A DNA stretch of 49,584 nt from an uncultured Gaiellales bacterium (GTDB lineage: Bacteria > Actinomycetota > Thermoleophilia > Gaiellales > JALYLC01). Shown here in pieces: positions 45,065-49,584 of this stretch; the stretch's first letter is position 1; each line of letters starts with the position of its first letter. Both the position numbers and the translations under genes were made by a program. The notes under the pieces were generated by a model. It saw only the letters and a program-made list of their open reading frames with translations, did no database searches and was not told where the DNA came from. The stretch covers positions 1-49,584 of the forward strand of contig CAZYYP010000003.1 of the NCBI GenBank assembly GCA_964651695.1, given 5' to 3'.

Positions 45065-45517
45065 TTGATAGTTGATCACAGAGGTGGAAACAGCGTAGAA
45101 TCGGCCGCCTTGAGCGCGCACGCCGAAAATCTCGCCGCCGTTCGCAGCTCATACGAGGCCTTCTCGCGCGGCGACCTCGACGGCGCGCTCGCGATGATGG
45201 ACGACGCGATCGTCTGGCACCAGGCCGAGGGGCTCGCGCACGGCGGCGTGTACCACGGCCTGCCGGCCGTACGCGCCGCGGTCTTCGATCCGATCGACGC
45301 GCAGTGGTGGGAGGACTTCGACGCCGTCCCTTCCGAGATCCTCGCCGGCGACGACCACGTCGTCGCGATCGGGCGCTACACCGCGCGTTCGAAAGCCACC
45401 GGCAAGCCGCTCGACGTGCCGTTCGCGCACGTCTGGAAGTTCGCCGGGGGCAAGGCCGTGCGCTTCCACCAGTTCACCGACACGCACAGCTGGGTGGCCG
45501 CGCTGGCACCGGCCTGA
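45065..45517 (+). CDS. SnoaL-like / NTF2-fold protein
   Basis: NLAAVRSSYEAFSRGDLDGALAMMDDAIVWHQAEG...DHVVAIGRYTARSKATGKPLDVPFAHVWKFAGGKAVRFHQFTD is the ketosteroid-isomerase-like pattern. The start is uncertain (TTG at 45065 or 45110). Confidence 0.65.
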   Translation: MIVDHRGGNSVESAALSAHAENLAAVRSSYEAFSRGDLDGALAMMDDAIVWHQAEGLAHGGVYHGLPAVRAAVFDPIDAQWWEDFDAVPSEILAGDDHVVAIGRYTARSKATGKPLDVPFAHVWKFAGGKAVRFHQFTDTHSWVAALAPA

Positions 45518-45618
45518 CGCGCGCGCCGGGCGCACGCAGACCAACAAATCGCCGCATTTCCCCGTCGTATCCGCCCGAGGCACACCATCGCCTGCACCCC
45601 CCGAGGAGGAGTTCGTCC

Positions 45619-46818
45619 ATGAAGAAAGCCAAGTCGTTCCCGCTGTTCGCAGCGGTAGCCGCGGCTACAGCGCTCGCGGCCACGGTGTCAGCGGCGCCGG
45701 CAGCGGCCAAGACCACACGGGCGGCCGCAGGAATCAGCTGCTCGAAGACGCTCGACATCGGGATGCTGGCCCCGCTCACGGGCGTTGCCGGCTACCTCGG
45801 CCAGGAGCAGCTCTCCTGGGCGAAGTACGCGGTCAAGAGCCTGGCCCCGACGATGGGGCTGAAGGTCAAGCTCGTGCCCGGCGACCTGCCGGTCGAGAAG
45901 GGCCAGGCGGACGCGCAGGCGGTCGCGCAGAAGTTCATCGCCGACAGGAGCATGGTCGGGGTCGTTGGCGGCTCGACGTCGGGATCGGTCGTCTCGACGA
46001 GCACGGCCCTGACCCAGGGCGGCCTGGTGCAGGTGTCGCCCTCGGCGACGCGCACCACCCTCACGAAGGGCGACAACCAGCAGGCCACGAACGCGTTCTT
46101 CCGCGTCGTCCCGGCCGATGACTTCCAGGGCAGCACGGACGCCGCCTACATGGTCAACACGCTGCACGTGAAGAACGTCGTGATCTTCGACTTCCAGGAG
46201 CCCTATTCGCTGGGCCTCGGCGGCGAGGTCGAGAAGGACCTGAAGGCCGCGGGAGTCACCACCTCGCACCAGTCCGTCGCCAACACGGTCACGGACTTCT
46301 CCTCCTACGTCACGAAGGTCCCCAGCGACGCCGACATCGTGTTCTTCCCGACCCAGTCGCCGGGCACGGCAGAGTCGTTCGCGGAGCAGCTCGTGCAGCA
46401 GGGTAAGAAGGCCAAGGTCTTCGGCGGAGACGGATCCAACGGACTCGGCGAGTTCAAGGCGCCCGGCTCGTACATCTCGTCCTTCGCACCGTCGATCACG
46501 GGCTTCGCGGCCGACAAGGCGATCATCGCCGGCTGGCAGAAGGACAACAAGGGCAAGCCGGTCGGCTCCTTCGGCCCGGCCGCGTACGGCGCGGTGCAGG
46601 TCATCCTGGCGGCGGTCAAGGCCGCCTGCACCAAGGGCCACGGCAGCATCGCGAAGCGCTCGCTCGTGATCGGCCAGATGCGCAAGGTGCACATCGACAA
46701 GGGCTGGATCCTCGGCGGCAAGTTCTCGTGGTCGAAGATCAACACCCGCGACCCGAGCGTGACGAAGTTCTACATCCTGCAGATCCAGGCGGATGGCTCG
46801 TACAAGACGCTGAACTAG
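45619..46818 (+). CDS. ABC transporter substrate-binding protein, branched-chain amino acid (LivJ/K) type
   Basis: ATG at 45619 with GAGGAGGA upstream, in frame with ORF 45304..46818. Signal peptide MKKAKSFPLFAAVAAATALAATVSAAPAAA, then the periplasmic-binding type I pattern IGMLAPLTGVAGYLG...VVGGSTSG. Confidence 0.85.
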   Translation: MKKAKSFPLFAAVAAATALAATVSAAPAAAKTTRAAAGISCSKTLDIGMLAPLTGVAGYLGQEQLSWAKYAVKSLAPTMGLKVKLVPGDLPVEKGQADAQAVAQKFIADRSMVGVVGGSTSGSVVSTSTALTQGGLVQVSPSATRTTLTKGDNQQATNAFFRVVPADDFQGSTDAAYMVNTLHVKNVVIFDFQEPYSLGLGGEVEKDLKAAGVTTSHQSVANTVTDFSSYVTKVPSDADIVFFPTQSPGTAESFAEQLVQQGKKAKVFGGDGSNGLGEFKAPGSYISSFAPSITGFAADKAIIAGWQKDNKGKPVGSFGPAAYGAVQVILAAVKAACTKGHGSIAKRSLVIGQMRKVHIDKGWILGGKFSWSKINTRDPSVTKFYILQIQADGSYKTLN

Positions 46819-46836
46819 GCGTCACCCCTGCTCGAT

Positions 46837-46875
46837 CCGAGGGCGGTCCCGGGCTGAGGCCCGGACCGCCCTCGG
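46837..46875 (+). terminator. Strong GC-rich hairpin between the binding-protein gene and the permease genes (attenuator / partial terminator)
   Basis: CCGAGGGCGGTCCCGGGC-tgag-GCCCGGACCGCCCTCGG forms a 17-bp stem with one bulged C and a 4-nt loop, read directly. No U-tract follows. Confidence 0.45.
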
Positions 46876-46897
46876 CCGTTAGACTCGCCTTCCCCCC

Positions 46898-47821
46898 GTG
46901 GACACCTTCACGCAGCTCACGCTCAACGGCCTGACCGAGGGCAGTACCTACGCGTTGATCGCGCTTGGCTACACACTCGTCTACGGCGTCCTCAAGCTCC
47001 TGAACTTCGCCCACGGCGACGTCTTCATGGTCGGGTCCTTCATCGGGTTCGGCGTGCTCAAGGCACTCGGCGGCGCGGGCGATCCACAGGTCCCGATCTG
47101 GCTCCTGCTGACGCTGATGGTGCTGGGCGCCATGGTCGGCTGCGCTGTCCTCGGCGTCGCGATCGAGCGCTTCGCGTACCGGCCGCTGCGCGACGCACCA
47201 CGGATAGCCCCGTTGATCAGCGCCCTGGGCGTGTCCTTCTTCCTCGCCAACTCGTTCCAGCTGATGTTCGGCGCGCAGCAGTACAACTACGGGATCTTCT
47301 TCCTGGACGGCGGCTCGCTCTTCACCAAGGGCTTCGAGATCGGCAACGTGCACGTCCCGCTGATCGAGATCATCACGATCCTCGCGGCCTTCGGACTCAT
47401 GATCGCTCTCTGGCTGCTCGTGACGAGGACGCGCACGGGCAAGGCGATGCGCGCGACCTCGTTCGACCGTGAGGCCGCGGCCATGATGGGCATCGACATC
47501 GACCGGGTGATCGTGTTCACGTTCGTCATCGGGTCGGCCCTCGCGGGCGCCGGGGGAGTGATGTTCGCGCTGCGCGTGCCGACGGCGGCCTCGATCGGCT
47601 TCGTGATCGGCCTCAAGGGCTTCACGGCCGCCGTGATCGGCGGCATCGGGTCGATCCCGGGCGCGATGGCGGGCGGGCTGATCCTCGGATTCGGCGAGGC
47701 CTACATCGCCGGCTACTGGACGACGCGCTGGTCCGATCTCGTCATCTTCAGCGTGCTGATCGCATTCATGCTGTTCAGGCCCTCGGGACTGCTCGGCCGC
47801 GCCGGGATCACGAAGGTATGA
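46898..47821 (+). CDS. livH: Branched-chain amino acid ABC transporter permease (LivH type)
   Basis: GTG start. 307-aa polytopic membrane protein. LNGLTEGSTYALIALGYTLVYGVLKLLNFAHGD is the LivH signature. Confidence 0.9.
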   Translation: MDTFTQLTLNGLTEGSTYALIALGYTLVYGVLKLLNFAHGDVFMVGSFIGFGVLKALGGAGDPQVPIWLLLTLMVLGAMVGCAVLGVAIERFAYRPLRDAPRIAPLISALGVSFFLANSFQLMFGAQQYNYGIFFLDGGSLFTKGFEIGNVHVPLIEIITILAAFGLMIALWLLVTRTRTGKAMRATSFDREAAAMMGIDIDRVIVFTFVIGSALAGAGGVMFALRVPTAASIGFVIGLKGFTAAVIGGIGSIPGAMAGGLILGFGEAYIAGYWTTRWSDLVIFSVLIAFMLFRPSGLLGRAGITKV

Positions 47822-49281
47822 GCGCGCCGGGCGATCCGCAGGAGTCGTCCGGGCCGGCGATCGGGCAGGACGAGTGGGTCGCGCGGCACGGCGAGCGCCG
47901 CTCGCGGCGCGCGGGAATCCTCGGAGAACTCGAGGAGCGCGCGCGGAATGCCCCGTGGTGGGCATGGCTCGTGCTCTTCGTCGCCGCGTTCGCGCTGCTG
48001 CCGGTCGCCTCGGGGGACGGCTACATCCGCAGGGTTGCCTTCGACACGACCATCTACATGCTGCTCGCGCTGGGCCTGAACGTCGTGGTCGGCTGGGGCG
48101 GCCTGCTCGACCTCGGCTACGTCGCCTTCTACGGTATCGGCGCATACGCGTACGCGATGCTCAGCTCGACGAAATTCGGCATCCACCTGCCGACGCTGGT
48201 TGCGATCCCGATCGTCGTGGTGATCGGGGCGGTCGCGGGCTTCCTCGTCGGGCTCCCGTCGAGGCGGCTGATCGGCGACTACCTGGCGATCGTGACGCTC
48301 TTCTTTCTGCAGATATCTCAGACTGTCCTGACGAACGGCGACCAGATCGCGGGCCACGACCTCACCGGCGGCGCCAACGGGATCCTCGACATCGACCCGC
48401 TCCACCTCCTCGGCCACGCGCTCGCTGTGCAGCATCAAGGCGTGTTCGCCGTCTCATATCTCTACATCTCGATCGCCGTCTTCGCCGTCGTCTACGTCGC
48501 GCTGCACTTCGTCAACCACTCGCGTACCGGCCGTGCCTGGCGATCGCTGCGCGAGGATCCGCTGGCCGCCGAGGTGATGGGCATGCCCGTCAACGTGCTC
48601 AAGCTGATGGCGTTCAGCTTCGGCGCTGCCATCGCCGCGCTGACCGGCACCCTCTTCGCGTCCGTGAGCACGAGTGTCTTTCCGCTCACGTTCTCGTTTC
48701 CACTCGTGATCACCGTCTACACGATGGTGATCCTGGGCGGACAGGGAAACCTGGCCGGAGTGACGCTCGGCGCCGTCGTGGTCAGCGTGATGCTCGAGTT
48801 CCTGCGCGATCCGGGCGACGCGCGCATCCTGTTCTACGTGGTCGGCGTGCTCGCGATCGCGTTCGCCTTCGGCCGCACGCGTAAGCTCGCAGCGCTGATC
48901 GGAAGCCTGCTCGTCTTCGGGTTCGCGGCGCACGCGGTGGCAGACGCGATCAACCACAACTGGGTCGCAGGACCCGCGGCGAACGGCTTCGACCATGCAC
49001 TCGCGCACTGGGTGATCATCCCGACGAGCCTCGCGACCTGGGTCGGGCCGGTCTCGTACATCGGCTTGGTATGCCTCGTCCTGGTGCTCACGCTCCTGCC
49101 CGCCCGCGCGCGCTCCGTCGCGCTCGTGCCGACCGTCTACCTGGGCACGTTCGTGTGGGAGAACGTGCTGCTCGCCCAGCCGGACGCGACGCGCTTCATC
49201 GTCCTCGGCGTGATGCTGATCGCGCTCATGATCGTGCGCCCGAACGGGCTGCTCGGCGAGCGGCGCATGGAGATCATCTGA
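47818..49281 (+). CDS. livM: Branched-chain amino acid ABC transporter permease (LivM type, long form)
   Basis: ATGA overlap with livH. YMLLALGLNVVVGWGGLLDLGYVAFYGIGAYAYAML is the LivM signature. At 487 aa, it carries extra TM segments at the C-terminus. Confidence 0.85.
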   Translation: MSAPGDPQESSGPAIGQDEWVARHGERRSRRAGILGELEERARNAPWWAWLVLFVAAFALLPVASGDGYIRRVAFDTTIYMLLALGLNVVVGWGGLLDLGYVAFYGIGAYAYAMLSSTKFGIHLPTLVAIPIVVVIGAVAGFLVGLPSRRLIGDYLAIVTLFFLQISQTVLTNGDQIAGHDLTGGANGILDIDPLHLLGHALAVQHQGVFAVSYLYISIAVFAVVYVALHFVNHSRTGRAWRSLREDPLAAEVMGMPVNVLKLMAFSFGAAIAALTGTLFASVSTSVFPLTFSFPLVITVYTMVILGGQGNLAGVTLGAVVVSVMLEFLRDPGDARILFYVVGVLAIAFAFGRTRKLAALIGSLLVFGFAAHAVADAINHNWVAGPAANGFDHALAHWVIIPTSLATWVGPVSYIGLVCLVLVLTLLPARARSVALVPTVYLGTFVWENVLLAQPDATRFIVLGVMLIALMIVRPNGLLGERRMEII

Positions 49282-49584
49282 TGGCCGCGACGCTCCTCGA
49301 GCTGCGGGGCGTCTCGCTGGCGTTCGGCGGTCTGAAAGTCGTGTCGGACCTCGACCTGACGGTCGCCGAGGGCGAGATCGTCAGCGTCATCGGACCGAAC
49401 GGCGCCGGCAAGACGACGCTCTTCAACCTGATCACGGGCATCTACGAGCCCGACGGCGGCGACATCCTGCTCGAGGGCGCGAGCATCACGGGCCTCGAGC
49501 CGCACCAGATCAACCGCCTCGGCGTCGCCCGCACGTTCCAGACGCTGCGCCTCTTCCTCAACATGTCGGTGCGCGAGAACGTCA
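49281..49584 (+). CDS. livG: Branched-chain amino acid ABC transporter ATP-binding protein (LivG type), 5' part only
   Basis: ATG at 49281 shares 1 nt with the livM stop. MAATLLELRGVSLAFGGLKVVSDLDLTVAEGEIVSVIGPNGAGKTTLFNLITG includes Walker A. The gene runs off the right edge. Confidence 0.9.
   Translation, partial: MAATLLELRGVSLAFGGLKVVSDLDLTVAEGEIVSVIGPNGAGKTTLFNLITGIYEPDGGDILLEGASITGLEPHQINRLGVARTFQTLRLFLNMSVRENV

Overview
Gene-dense, visibly very GC-rich bacterial chromosomal segment. It looks Actinobacteria-like: strong third-position GC bias, many GTG/TTG starts, and 1/4/8-nt start-stop overlaps at most operon junctions. I can support 50 protein-coding genes, two of them cut by the window edges. 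I see no rRNA, tRNA, CRISPR array, transposase or integrase.

Most of the window is catabolic and centres on lignin-type aromatic acids:
- A benzoylformate-decarboxylase-like gene fragment lies divergent from an atypical LDH/MDH-family dehydrogenase.
- A 9-gene CoA-dependent operon (family III CoA-transferase, crotonase, HMG-CoA-lyase-like, acyl-CoA dehydrogenase, SCP2-like, alpha/beta hydrolase, ALDH, Fe-ADH, PrpD-family) sits under a divergent GntR/HutC regulator.
- A 7-gene operon combines a LigM-type tetrahydrofolate O-demethylase, a TIM-barrel isomerase/dehydratase-like protein, two tandem 2-oxoacid-dehydrogenase E1 alpha/beta pairs with no E2/E3, and a GMC flavoprotein.
- A short operon encodes an acetoacetyl-CoA-synthetase-like ligase, an amidohydrolase and a saccharopine-dehydrogenase-like protein.
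- A 7-gene ring-cleavage operon joins a type I extradiol dioxygenase to a GalB-type (PIG-L fold) hydratase and a LigK/GalC-type aldolase, plus a GMC flavoprotein with a Tat-less small subunit. This is my best candidate for an undescribed pathway variant.
- An ech(HCHL)-marR pair has a perfect inverted-repeat operator candidate upstream.
- A complete-looking ortho-cleavage cluster reads pcaH-G-D-C-F-pobA-pcaB.

The right end carries a secreted Ig-like repeat protein, a crcB pair, ppgK-GH15 divergent from a short-form gnd, a SnoaL-like protein and a livJHMG-type ABC importer.

The longest-ORF track over-extends many genes across upstream neighbours. Starts given here were re-placed using in-frame start codons, stop/start overlaps and N-terminal family motifs. 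All functional calls come from motif recognition by eye, not from database searches.
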